Source of the DNA: Squalus acanthias
Taxonomy: Eukaryota
Direction: 5' to 3'
DNA length: 64,000 nt
Assembly: GCA_030390025.1 (NCBI GenBank)
Contig: CM059425.1
Location: 178,624,001 to 178,688,000 of the forward strand
This document shows, piece after piece, positions 12,665-24,393 of this stretch (positions within the stretch are counted from its first letter, which is position 1; every line of letters starts with the position of its first letter). A program made the translations under genes and the position numbers. The notes under the pieces were generated by a model. It saw only the letters and a list, made by a program, of their open reading frames with translations, made no database searches and was not told the DNA's origin.

Positions 12665-13510
12665 GGGCCCACATTACTCTTAGCCACCTTATTTCTCTTA
12701 ATATATTGATAAAAACCTTTAGTTTTGTCCTTGATATCCCTCGCAAACTTTTTCTCATTCCTTTTTGCAGCTCTCACCACTGTCTTAGTATCTATTTGCT
12801 GTTCTTGTTGGCATATGGAACTTGGTTAATTCAGCTTCTGAAAGTTGTTCATGTTTAGTTCATTCAATATAGGGGAAAGAAAGATGGTTAGCATCATGAG
12901 AGAGAGAGAGAGAGAGTGAGCGAGAGAGAGAGAGCGATACAGATTTCACTTAGCAACAGCAAGTGTTCAAGATTGAAGTAAAGCCTTGGAATGTTTATAG
13001 TATTGCCATACTGTAAACCTCTCACCACATACCATTGCAACCTACGCAAGGTGATGTTGAAGGACAAATTGGTTGAAGGGCAGTATATTGAATGTGAACT
13101 ATCGAATGTTGATGTACGAGAAATGTAAACCTCTGCGTGTAATAATTGTCTGAAGGATGGTGCATTTGACTGGAGACTACCAAATAACGCCAGGCAACTT
13201 CCAGTTTGATAAAGAGAATAGTGTATAAAGAAAGAAGCTTTTGTGTTAAGTTGAGAGAAACCTTTTTTGAGTGCATGCCTACACAGAACTGCTGACAAAA
13301 CTCCGCTTGTAAACTGCGTTGTACTCTAAAGAAGTTATAGTCTGCTTTTAGATTGATTTTTATGTTAAAGTAGGAAAAATAAAGTGGTTGTAACTATAAG
13401 ACTGAACTCTTTACTACTCAACTGCACAACAGAAGACTGATTAAAAACAACAGTTCTTTATATCTCACCCAGTCCCCGGGGTCTCTACTATTCTTAGCCT
13501 TCATATAAGC
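12665..13510 (-). mobile_element. CR1 ORF2 fragment split by a solo LTR
   Basis: KRNEKKFARDIKDKTKGFYQYIKRNKVAKSNVGP linker motif of CR1 ORF2. Confidence 0.7.
12806..13452 (+). mobile_element. Solo LTR (647 bp)
   Basis: TGTTG...CAACA termini, 5-bp TSD GTTCT (12801-12805, 13453-13457), TATA-like GTATAAA near 13223, AATAAA near 13378. Confidence 0.85.
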
Positions 13511-13598
13511 AGTTTAAGGGAACATTGTTTATACCTATTGGGAAATATCGGGGCTCCTTTCTCTTGAAAAGAGAAGTCTGAGGGGCGACCTGACAGAG

Positions 13599-14130
13599 CA
13601 GGGGTTCTCAACCTTTTTGCTACCGAGGCCCCACTTCTGTGCTATAAAAAAAATTCAGGGACCCCCGTAACACAATAAGTAGTTTTTCTGTCTAAAAATT
13701 AGTTATACAATTAAGCATAAATATCTATTATTTTTGTTTTACTTACTTAATGTGAAACTTGTTGCTGGTGCTGAGCACACACGCACCTGTCATGGTTAAT
13801 ATCCATCCTGTCTCGGTACTTTGTTTTCATTGATGTCATTGCTGAAAATCCAGCTTTGCATAAGTAGGTTGTGCTAAATCGGACCAACACTTGCAGTGCT
13901 GCAGAAGAAGCAGTGCTGAATTCATCGACGCATCCACACCAAAATGTCTCCAGTGGCATTTCACTGAACTTGGCAGGATCCACAATCTTTTGCACCGGTG
14001 GGCTTCTTTCCTCCTTCCCACCCCTTCACAAATAGCCGGCAGTATCGACTCACAGGACACGAGTACCCAGACTCGGCCTATCCGTCCGTCAGAAAGCACA
14101 TGGCCATGAATATAAAGCTCCGAGTCTGAG
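13599..14130 (-). mobile_element. hAT (Buster/Charlie-type) transposon end with transposase C-terminus
   Basis: TIR CAGGGGTTCTCAACC; ORF 13747-13995 has FSTTYLCKAGFSAMTSMKTKYRDRM (hAT dimerisation motif); other end not found. Confidence 0.8.
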
Positions 14131-14299
14131 GTACGAGGAAAACTGTGATAACAGCTATTTTATTAACTCAGGCTGAAGACATTGAACACCAGATCCCAAT
14201 TATATTATGGCCTCAACGCATGCCCAGAGACTGGCAAGTATCTTTCTTTCCACCCCACCTTCCAAGACCATGTGGCGCACACTCTCTCCATTGAATCAG

Positions 14300-14430
14300 T
14301 TGGTAGATGTACCTTCCAATGTGGTTCTGAACCATACAGAGCAGGAAGGTGCCTGGGTTCGATCCCCAGCCTATGCTGAGTTACCAGATCTGAGCTAGGA
14401 TGGCAGTAGTGATGCTACAATTGGTTTCGA
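14300..14430 (+). mobile_element. SINE-like fragment with B-box
   Basis: CCATACAGAGCAGGAAGG...GGGTTCGATCCCC...GCTACAATTGG. Confidence 0.6.
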
Positions 14431-14472
14431 ACCCCGATGGCAGTAGTGATGCTACAATTGGTTTCGAACCCC
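14399..14472 (+). repeat. Perfect 37-bp tandem duplication
   Basis: GATGGCAGTAGTGATGCTACAATTGGTTTCGAACCCC twice. Confidence 0.9.
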
Positions 14473-14969
14473 GTTTTCTTTTATTTCAATACCAAACCCC
14501 AACTCGGGTTATGGCCTTGCTGCATGCCCAGAGACTGGCAAGTCTCTTTCTTTCCACCCCCTTCCCCCTCCCTGCTCCAAGGCCATCTCAACCATCAGTT
14601 CAATGAGGGAAAAAGCAATCTCGTTTCAACAGACCGGCTACTGATGGGAAAAATACACGCAATAATACAGACAGAATTAAAACTGGGCATGAAGGACCAC
14701 AGCCAGGTTGAAAGAGGTCCACTTGTGAATGATTGTACATCAATCTGTGGAATCAATCTAGTCTTGAAGCCTTACATATCAATTGTGAAAAATGTGATTA
14801 TGCCCAGATGCATAGATTTCTCTATCTTATGTTGCACTGTACTGAGCTGCAATGGTGCATGAACATACAATAAAGTTTTGTTTTACTTCATTCATCTCTT
14901 ACATGAATTACCTTTGCATCAGAGAATATCTAACCGTTGCAATTTATTTAGACTACAAAGTGTAGTGGT

Positions 14970-15153
14970 TCATCCCCCCTCAGAATAGTACCATTTAGAT
15001 TATACTACCTCTTCATGTTGTTCATCCTAAAATGAATCACTTCACACTTGTCTGCATTAAATTGTATCTGCCATATGTCTGACCATTTCACCAGTCCATC
15101 TATGTTCTCCTGAAGTCTGCTACTATCCTTCTCACCATTTACTATGTTGCCAA
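14970..15153 (-). mobile_element. CR1 RT fragment
   Basis: Similar to 32740-32915 (ATCACTTCACACTTGTCTGCATTAAATT...ATCTGCCA). Confidence 0.65.
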
Positions 15154-15174
15154 ATCATACATATATAAAATTTC

Positions 15175-16007
15175 CTCCAACTAAATATTGGGCAGACCGA
15201 AGCCATTGTCGTCGGTCCCGCCACAAACTCCGTTCCCTAGCCACTGACTCCAGCCCTCTCCCTGGTCACTGTCCGAGGCTGAACCAGACAGTTCGCAACC
15301 TTGGCGTCCTTTTTGACCCTGAGGTGAGCTTTTGACCACAAATCTGCTCCATCACCAGGACCGCATACTTCCATCCCCGTAACATTCCCCATCTCCGCCC
15401 CTACCTCAGCTCTTCTGCTGCTGAAACCCTCATCCATGCGTTTGTTATGTCCAGACTCAACTATTCTAATGCTCTCCTAGCCGGCCTCCCATCTTCCACC
15501 CTCCATAAACTTGAGCTCATCCAAAACTCTGCTGCCCGTGTTCTAACTTGCACCAAGTCCAGTTCACCCGTCACCCCTGTGCTCGCTGACCTACATTGGC
15601 TCACGGTCTGGCAACGCCTCGATATTAAAATTCTCATCCTTGTTTTCAAGTCCCTTCATGGTCTTGTCCCTCCCTATCTCTGTAACCTCCTCAAACCCTA
15701 CAACCCTCAGAGATCTCTGCGCTCCTCCAATTCTGGCCTTTTGCACATTCCCAGTTTTAATCGTTCCATCATTGGCAGCCGCGCCTTCAGCTGCCTAGGC
15801 CCTAAGCTCTGGAATTCCATCCCTAAACCTCTCCGCCTCTCTCCTCCTTTAACACGCTCTTTAAAACCTACCTTTATGGCCAACTGTCCTAGTATCTCTT
15901 TATGTGGCTCAGTTTCAAATTTTGTTTTATAATGTTCCTATTAAGCCCCTTGGGATGTTTTACTATGTTAAAGGTGCTATATAAATGCAAGTTGTGTTTG
16001 TTGTTGT
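15175..16007 (+). mobile_element. L2 LINE 3' fragment
   Basis: SRLNYSNALLAGLP...LQNSAARV-like, LHWL...KIL...WNSIP; L2 tail AAAGGTGCTATATAAATGCAAGTTG + (TGT)n. Confidence 0.9.
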
Positions 16008-17579
16008 CAGTGCTACGAGCAATAGCTAAACTTCAACTAGTTCCAGTGATACATGAATGAAATCTGTTTATTGCCATCTCAAAGGACCACATCAGCTGAC
16101 ATTGTCAGCTGGTCACATGAACTGAATGGAAATGTTGAAGCTTCACTCATGACTGAAGGCAAATATATCTTCAACCATTTTTCTGTTATTCCCAAGTTCT
16201 GTATCATCTAGGAGCAGACTGATTTAGGTGGATCAATAACAGTGGCAATTCCTAACCTATACTGAAATCCTCTCCATGAAATATTCTTTTTCCACGAAGA
16301 CGATATTACAATGAAGAACAGACAGGACTGTGAGGAATAACAAATGTTTCAAAGAAATGACACTGGAGCCACTGAGAAATCTGTGCATCAATATAGTTTG
16401 TATTTAAAGTTGATCTTTATGTTTTACTTTAAAGTTTTGATTGCTTACCTATGTGCGATATAAACAAATTACATGATAAAGAGCTGAAGATATCATCTAT
16501 GTCCCATTTGTCACACTGACCATAAATTAGTTGGCCCTTTGTTACTCATGATTTATCAGGTCAGTTCGCTAGAGAATAGTACATCATATCCTGCAGGTCC
16601 TAATTATTTTTTTATTACTGAGAAATCCAAGTGAAAGGTCAAGCCCATCAAGCGTCAAGGTTGCGAAGAGGAGGAGTATGGATGGGAATAATCTAGTGGT
16701 TAGATGATGTCAAGCCTCAGTTTAAAAAGCTTGTAGACCCCAGATGGGAGGAAAGAGAGGGAGATAAGGGAGGAGGTGATCTTTGACTTCTACCCGAAAC
16801 AGATAAAATGTCGGCAGAATGGCCACACCACCCACCCAAAGAAGAAACAAACCAAAAATGGTTGGGCCTCATTTAAATGCCACCGCTGCACTTACGATGA
16901 ATTTACAGTGGCAAAGTGGGAGCAGCTCCAGGGAAATTTATAGCCATAGCCTTCTAGCCGAATAAAATGTTATTTTTGAGTTATTCATTTTAAAGTACCT
17001 CTTTAAATATAATTGGGCCTGACTACGAATTTTGACACTGATTTCTCATGTGCAGAACACGCATTCTGAAAATAAATATCTTTCTCTCTTTGATGCATCA
17101 CCACAACAAGCGCTACTGGGCATCATTCTGTTCTACCAAAACCATTCATTACACTAGGATCATTCTGGGGAGCAACGGAAACCCACGGCTTTTTTTCTCC
17201 ACTACTAATAGTCACCGTAAATCCCTGTTCCCTGCTCCCTCCACCCTCACATCTAACAAGTGTGAAGAGCTCATGGACTTCTTTATTACCAAGTTAGAGA
17301 CCATGGCCGCGATTTTCCGAGTGGAGGTGGGTTGGAGGCGGCTTTGATGTTCGGCGGGTTCCGGTCCCGCTGCCGGTTTCAGCTGCCCTGGAATAATGAT
17401 TTTTGCTTAAGTGGGCTGATTAAGCCCGTCATGCGTGCTACCCGGCCCAATCAGTGGGTTTGGGTCTGCTGCTCGCCTCTGCTGACGTCTCTCAGCCAGC
17501 TAGCTGTATTTAAGGGGCCTATGCAGCCTTGTTTTTGATCCATCCTTTCCTGCTGCTTCTCGGTGTGGCACTTCTGAAA

Positions 17580-20500
17580 ATGTCTGCTGCAAGACCCAAG
17601 GCATCTCCAAGATTTGATGATAACTCCCTTCATGCTCTTGTGGAGGGAGTGAGAGGGCGCCAAGAGGTACTGTTCCCCTCAAATGGACGGAGGAAGCCTC
17701 CTCAGCAAACCAAGGCAGCCTGGCTGCAAATTGCTGAGGAAGTGAGCGCCAGGTCTTTGTGTGGTCGCACCTGGGTTCAGTGCAGGAAAAGGTTCAATGA
17801 CCTGCTACACACAGCAAAAGTGAGTATAACATCACACTTACCTTCAATCTGCTCCCCATCTCCTCTCATCACCAGCACTCTGCATTGTCAACCTACTCCT
17901 GCACATCCCACTTTACCCTTACATCCCTTGCACCCTTAACCATCCCTCTCTCTCTATGCACAGAATCACTTCACTATTCTACTATGCACCCCTCACACTC
18001 ACTATCACTGTTATGCAATGACAACTAACAACGCACAGGGAGGGACCTTGGTATTGGCAACTCACTCCATCTTTGTCTCCCTGTAAGCATCAATGCTATG
18101 GATTCTCTACACTCACTCCAACATTCTCACTCAAACTCCACTTGTCTCCCTCATTGCAGGAAACGAGAGCCCACAATAAGAGGGAGAGGGGCAGGACAGG
18201 AGGAGGGCCACCTTCCATTGCCCACTTGACCACCGCTGAGGAGGCTGCTCTCGACATCGTCGGAGGTGCTGAGGATCTGGAAGTGGGGGACGGTCAGACG
18301 GGCGCAGTAGAGCAAGCTGGTGACAGAATAGATTAGTAGCCCTCTCATTTAGATTGCATGAGTGACTGATATGGCATCTGATGTTCATACAGATTGAGTT
18401 CTGATCATCTGCACAATGGGATGTGTCTGCTACGTTAATATCACATGTCTAACTCATGCCTTTACTCCCCTACAGGACCATCGAGAGCCCCCCTTCCCAC
18501 TGTCCAGGAGGAAGAGCCGGAAGACTCCTCACAGGAAGCTGCAACCTCTGAGGGCGCAGTGTCAGCAGAATTGAGCGCACCCAGCACCAGCTCAGAGACG
18601 CACACCTCGGTGGGTCATTCGTGAGATAGAGCAGTGTTGTCACCTGGTGTCTGCGCACACCTCTGCCTGCTTCACGACGACATGCAAGCCGTGATCCTGA
18701 CCAACGGTTCCACCACAGACCCAATTCATGTATGGACCGGGGTCAAGCAAGGCTGTGTCATCGCACCAACGCTCTCCTCGATCTTCCTTGCGCCAATGCT
18801 CCATCTCACCCTCAGTAAGCTCCCCGCTGGAGTGGAGATAATCTACAGAACAAACGGGAAACTGTTCAACCTCCGTCGCCTCCAGTCCAGATCCAAGGGC
18901 GTCCCTTCATCTGTTGTCGAATTACAGTATGCAGACGACGCTTGCGTCTGCGCACACTCAGAGGTCGAACTCCAAACCATCGTTAACACCTTCACCGAAG
19001 CGTACGAGAGCATGGGCCTTACACTAAACATCCGTAAAACAAAGGTCCTCTACTAACCTGCCCCCGCCACACAGTACTGCCCCCCAATTATCAAAATCCA
19101 TGACAAGGCCTTGGACAACGTGGACCACTTTCCATACCTCGGGAGCCTACTGTCAACAAGGGCAGACGTCGATGACGAAGTCCAACACCGCCTTCAGTGT
19201 GCCAGTGCAGCCTTCGGTCGCCTGAGGAAGAGAGTGTTTGAAGACCAGGACCTCAAACCCGGCACCAAGCTCATGGTCTACAGAGCAGTAGTAATACCCA
19301 CCCTCCTGTATGCCTCAGAGACATGGACCATGTACAGCAGGCACCTCAAAGCACTGGAGAGGTACCACCAATGCTGCCTCCGCAAGATCTTGCAAATCCA
19401 TTGGCAGGATAGGCGCACCAACGTCAGTGTTCTCGCTCAGGCCAACATCCCCAGCATCAAAGCTTTGACCACGCTCGATCAGCTCCGATGGACGGGTCAC
19501 ATCGTCCGCACGCCCGATATGAGATTCCCAAAACAAGCGCTCTATTCGGAGCTCTGACACGCCAACAGAGCCCCAGGTGGGCAGAGGAAATGCTTCAAGG
19601 ACACCCTCAAAGCCTCCTTGAAAAAGTGCAACATCCTCACCGACACCTGGGAATCCTTGGCCCAAGACCGTACAAAGTGGAGGAGAAGCATCCGGTAAGG
19701 CGCCGAATACCTCGAGTCTCTTCACCGGGAGCAAGCGGAAGCCAAGCGCAAACAGCGGAAGGAGCGCACGTCAACCCAAGCACCCCACCCACCCGCCCCT
19801 TCAACCACCGTCTGCCCCACCTGTGAGAGAGACTGTAGGTCCCGCATTGGACTCATCAGTCACCTGAGAACTCATTTTTAATGTGGAAGCAAGTCATCTT
19901 CAGTTCCGAGGGACTACCTAAGAGAGAGATAGAGTAGTGTTGTCACCTGGTGTATCACAGCTCACAAGTGAGCATTAGCAGATGGTGGAGTCAGGGACAG
20001 CAGTGGAGAGTCCTCGTCGGAGGCTGCAGGGCACTCCTAGCTCTGCTCAGCTGCATGTGGGCCTGTGCCTCTGGGGCCATCCAGAAAGAGAGCGGTGCTG
20101 GAACTTCAGCAACAAGTGCAGGAGTCTCTGACAGGTTTTGCATCCACGGTAACTGCAAGTGTGCAGAGAATGGAGGAGTCCATCTCAAACATGAGCACTG
20201 CCGTGCTGGAGGCAAGGGCGCATGAACATGCCACCATGGAGAGGGTGGCAACCTCCTTGGAGGACATAAGTCGCCAGACTCAACAGAGCATGGTGACTCT
20301 TCTAAGTAGATGGTCTGCTATGGAGGATAGATGGGCAGCTATTGAGGAGAGACACCAGAGGTACATGGACGTCCCTGTTATGAGGACTGTCAGTACAGAG
20401 ACGGGTCCTCATGGCCCCACCGAGGTGCAACAAGGTGCTCTCCAGCTACTTGCTAGCATTGAAGTGCAGGTGACCCATGAGAGGGATGTTGGTGGTTGAC

Positions 20501-20793
20501 AACAAGGAAGTGTTGGCTCCTCTCCAAGCACTCACACTCCCATGCCACTGTGGAGCCCTCGGTCAGAGCCCCAGATTCCTCACCCAACTGAGATGGCCGT
20601 CTCTGCCCCTGCACAGCCGCAGGGAGAGCAGAATGTTGCCGAGCCCTCCCAGGCTCCCAAACCCAGAGGACGTCCGCCAAAGGTGTCGAAGCAGGAGCAG
20701 CATGAAAGTGAGCAAGGTGCCTCAACATCTGCTGAAACCACAGGGGAAGCACCACGTAGAAGTACGCGTAAGAGAAAGTTAACACACAAATAG
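17580..20793 (+). pseudogene. Harbinger Myb/SANT-like DNA-binding protein, 3 exons (17580-17819, 18160-18319, 18476-20793), disrupted
   Basis: MSAARPKASPRFDD...AWLQIAEEV...RTWVQCRKRFNDL; exon 2 RERGRTGGGPP; GT-AG introns keep frame; stop at 18622; RTE insertion; basic C-terminus RRSTRKRK. Confidence 0.85.
18651..19925 (+). mobile_element. RTE-clade LINE, 5'-truncated
   Basis: GVKQGCVIAP, LQYADD, VDHFPYLGS, QLRWTGH, C-terminal CPTC..CRSRIGLISHLRTH; (GA)n tail; 28-bp TSD 18623-18650 / 19926-19953. Confidence 0.93.
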
Positions 20794-21056
20794 TCTCAAG
20801 GGTAGTCACTTGGGTGTTTTGATGTAATACATATTTAAGATTATGATCGGCATTTCAATTGTAATAAAGAAATGCGATGGCAAACATTCAAAGAGTTGGC
20901 CTATGCATGCCCAGAAATGGAAGTGTCACAGTGAGGTGTCAGGGTGCCTTTCATCTGTAATGATGGTGGTGAGAGTGATAGGAACCCACAGTTTATTGTA
21001 CAGATTGTGTATGGTGTGTTAAGAAGGTGGCAGCCACATGTGTTTGCTTCGGAAAC

Positions 21057-22274
21057 CTAAGCAAATCTGGCATGGATTAGTGCATCCCTTGCATCATGGC
21101 CAGCAATGTACTCGCGTGCTGGTGGAACTGGCACATCCGCCTCCGCAAGGTCTTCCTCCTCCTCCTCCTCCTCTGAGGAGGCTGTGTACTGAGCCATTTG
21201 TTCCTCAGGCAGCTGCAAGCCACGATGCTGTGTGATGTTGTGCAGTACACAGCAGACCACAATGATTCTGGAGACCCTGGCTGGTGCATACTGTAGGGCT
21301 CCACCTGATCTGTCGAGGCATCTGAATCGCATTTTGAGCACGCCGATGGTTTGCTCGATGATGGCTCTGGTGGAAATGTGGCTGGCATTGTAGCACTCCT
21401 CAGCTTTGTTTGATGGCCTCCTCAACGGCGTCATTAGCCACGTCTTCAGGGGATAGCCCTTGTCTCCAAGTAGCCATCCGGAAAGTTGGCTTGGCGGATT
21501 GAACAGCTGATGCATGGTAGACTGCCGCAGGATGAACGAGTCATGGCAACTGCCAGGGAACTTGGTGCAAACATGCATAATATTCTTCCTGTGGTTACAC
21601 ACCAGCTGGACATTAAGGGAGTGGAAGCCCTTGCGGTTCACAAATACAGCTGGGTTGTGATGGGGTGCCCTAATGGCCGCATGTGTGCAGTCTACGATGC
21701 CCTGCACCCTTGGCAAGCCTGCCACATTTGAAAAGCCAACCGCACGCGCGGTTACAGTTGCTTCATCCGTGGAGAAGTCGATGTAATTGTGCGCCTTTGC
21801 AAAGAGGGTATCGGTAACCTGCGTGATGCAGCCGTGTGAGGCCAACTGGGAGATGCCGCTGATGTCTGCTGATGATCCCTGGAAGGACCCTGAAGCCAAA
21901 AAATTGAGGGCAGTGGTGACTTTGACTGCCACTGGTAAGGGGTGTCCACCCGCTCCTCTGGGCTCCAGGTGTTGGTGCAGCATTGCGCAGATGTCAGCGA
22001 CTACCTCTCGTGAAAGTCTCAGCCTCCTTTGGCACTGTAGCTCAGTCATGTTGAGGAAGCTCATCCTCGGCCTGTAAACCCTGTGTTGGGGGTATCTCCT
22101 GTAGCGCGGTGCAGCCCTGCGCTGACGCCCTCTGCCCTGTGCAGCATCAGGTGGGTGAGGAGGAGGTTGGCGCTCCTGTTGTTGCTGCTGCTGTTGTGCC
22201 CGGTTCTGCTGCTGCCACGGCTGCTCTTCCTCCGATTCGGAGGACCAGGATGAGAGGGTATAAATGGTTCCCAT
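21057..22274 (-). CDS. Harbinger DDE transposase (HARBI1-like), intact 405 aa
   Basis: [59 protein letters not shown]; uninterrupted ORF inside TIRs. Confidence 0.93.
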   Translation of the reverse strand: MGTIYTLSSWSSESEEEQPWQQQNRAQQQQQQQERQPPPHPPDAAQGRGRQRRAAPRYRRYPQHRVYRPRMSFLNMTELQCQRRLRLSREVVADICAMLHQHLEPRGAGGHPLPVAVKVTTALNFLASGSFQGSSADISGISQLASHGCITQVTDTLFAKAHNYIDFSTDEATVTARAVGFSNVAGLPRVQGIVDCTHAAIRAPHHNPAVFVNRKGFHSLNVQLVCNHRKNIMHVCTKFPGSCHDSFILRQSTMHQLFNPPSQLSGWLLGDKGYPLKTWLMTPLRRPSNKAEECYNASHISTRAIIEQTIGVLKMRFRCLDRSGGALQYAPARVSRIIVVCCVLHNITQHRGLQLPEEQMAQYTASSEEEEEEEDLAEADVPVPPAREYIAGHDARDALIHARFA

Positions 22275-23906
22275 TCCGCTGGTATATATGTCAGTTGAGG
22301 AATAGATGTTATAAGCACTCAGTCAATGTGGGGAGAGGGTTTTCCAAGGAGGTCACAGTGCATATGGATCTCAGCTTAATCACTTACAAGCTCAATAGAC
22401 CTGCAAAAAGTGTTCCAACACCTCAAAAAACAAAGTTCTGTCATTTGAAACTCAGCCATGTTACAGATCCACTTTTATGCTGCAGGAGCAGCTGTCAAGA
22501 ATTCGCGTAGTTGCTGAACCCGGCACAGTCAGCTGATGTGTTTTGCCAACGGCGTGGAACACGCTGAAAATGTCCTAAAATGGGAAAAGCCTGCTAAAAT
22601 CGGATTATGTAGGCAGTTAACAAGCTGTTAACTGCCTTAAGTGCCTCTCCCACCGCTTGGTGGCGGGTCTGAGCGGGACTCCCAGACCCGACACTTGGCA
22701 AAGTTGCGTGGAGGCGGGTTGATGGCGGGTTCGGAACCCGCCGTCAATCAAAACTAATTTAACCTCTGACCCGCCTCCAAACCCGCTCTCTGAGCGCCGG
22801 CAAAATCGCGGCCGATCTGTTCAGCTGCCTTTGCTGCTTCCCACCTTTCCCTTGCCCACCAAGCCAAGCCTTGTGCAGCCTCCCCTGCCATAATGATGAA
22901 CAATTCTCTCTCTCTAATATCTCGCCAATCTATCCTATGCCCTCTCCAAGCTCACCTCACTCCCTTGACCCCATTCCCCTAAACTACTGACCACACAACT
23001 TTTCTTTCTGGCCCGTATGCTAGGTGACATTGCAAATGGTTTCTACTCCTCAGGTACTGTCCCCTCACTTTCAAAACTGTTGCCATCAGCCCCATCTCAA
23101 AATATTTAACCTCAACACCTCTATCCTTGCAAACTACCACCTCATCTCCAACTTCCCTTTCCTTGCAAAAGTATTGTTGCATCTCAGATTCATGCCCATA
23201 TCTCCCACAATTCCAAGTTTGATTCTCTCCAATCAGGTTTCCACCCTTCACAACACTGAAATGGCCCTAATTAAAATATGAATGACCTTCTCTGTGACTG
23301 TGATTGGAATGCATTATCCCTTTAACATGGTCAACCACATCATCCTCCTCCAATGCCTCTCCTCCATTTTCCTGGTTGGTGGAACTGCCCTGCTGCGTTC
23401 CACTCTTGCCTATCAGATCATAGTCAAACTATCTCTACCAGTGGCTTCTTTTCCCTCCCCTGCACCGATACCTCCAGAATCCACCAAGGATTTATCCTTG
23501 GCTCCCTCCTCTTCCTCATCTACATGCTGCCCCTTGATATCATCCACAGACATGGGTCAGCTTCCACATGTACACTGACAACAACCACCTCTCTCTACCA
23601 CCTTTCTCGACCACTCCACTGACTCTGTGTTGTCAGATTACCTGTCGACATCCAGTCCTGGATGAGCTGTAATTTCCTACAATTAAATGTAGCGCCATAT
23701 GCAATCAGCTATATAATATCACAATTGGTCCATGCATTGCAGCATTGTCCTTGCCTCGGTCTTTGACTCCCTTCCCAAACACTGTACCCTTGTCACCAAC
23801 ACCATCCCCATCCCTGGTACTGTCTCAGGCTGAGCCAGACTGCCAGCTGTCATGGTGTCCTATTTGACTCCGAGCTGAACTTCCAGCCCTAATTCCACCT
23901 CTGTAA

Positions 23907-24058
23907 TAAAAACAGAAAATGCTGGGAATACTCAGCAGGTCAGGCAGCATCTGTGAAGAGAGAAACAGAGTTAACGTTTCAGGTCGATGACCTTTCGTCA
24001 GAACTGGAAAAAAGCAGGAACAGATTTTTAAGCAAGTGTAGGAGCTGGGAAAGGGGGG
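23907..24058 (-). mobile_element. Penelope-like element terminal fragment
   Basis: AAAACAGAAAATGCTGG...CAGCAGGTCAGGCAGCATCTGTG segment interrupting L2; contains a hammerhead core. Confidence 0.7.
23966..24007 (-). ncRNA. Minimal type I hammerhead ribozyme motif
   Basis: Minus strand AGTT-CTGACGA-A-AGGTC-ATC-GACCT-GAA-ACGT-T-AACT: core boxes, stem II, palindromic stem III, stem I AGTT/AACT. Confidence 0.75.
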
Positions 24059-24393
24059 ACATTGCTTGCCTCTGCTCCTACCTCAGCCCATCTGCTGCTG
24101 ACTCCCTCATATGTGCCTTTTTCACCTACAAACTCAACTATTATGATGTCCTCCCATCCTTCACCCTCCATCAACAATAGCTCATTCAAAATTCTGCTTC
24201 ATGCATTTTATCCCGCACTAAGACCCACTCACCTTTCACCCCCGTGCTTGCTGAACTACATTGGCTCCCGATCCCGCCCCCCCCAACGCCTTAAATTTAA
24301 AATTCTTATCCTCGTGTTTAAATGCTTTCATAGCTTCATTCCTTCTTTATCGCTGTAACCTTCTTCAGCTTTACAACCCTCCAAAAATTCAGA

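Larger units (their letters stand above)
17305..22813. mobile_element. Full-structure PIF/Harbinger DNA transposon
   Basis: TIRs GGCCGCGATTTT / AAAATCGCGGCC, 3-bp TSD CAT/GAT, subterminal GGAGGCGGG-type repeats, convergent Myb/SANT and transposase genes. Confidence 0.93.

Noticed and set aside
14340..14375. tRNA gene
   Set aside because: Only a B-box-like motif in a SINE head; no cloverleaf
21057..22274. Domesticated host gene HARBI1
   Set aside because: Lies within TIRs and a TSD with a Myb partner and local relatives, so it is a transposon ORF
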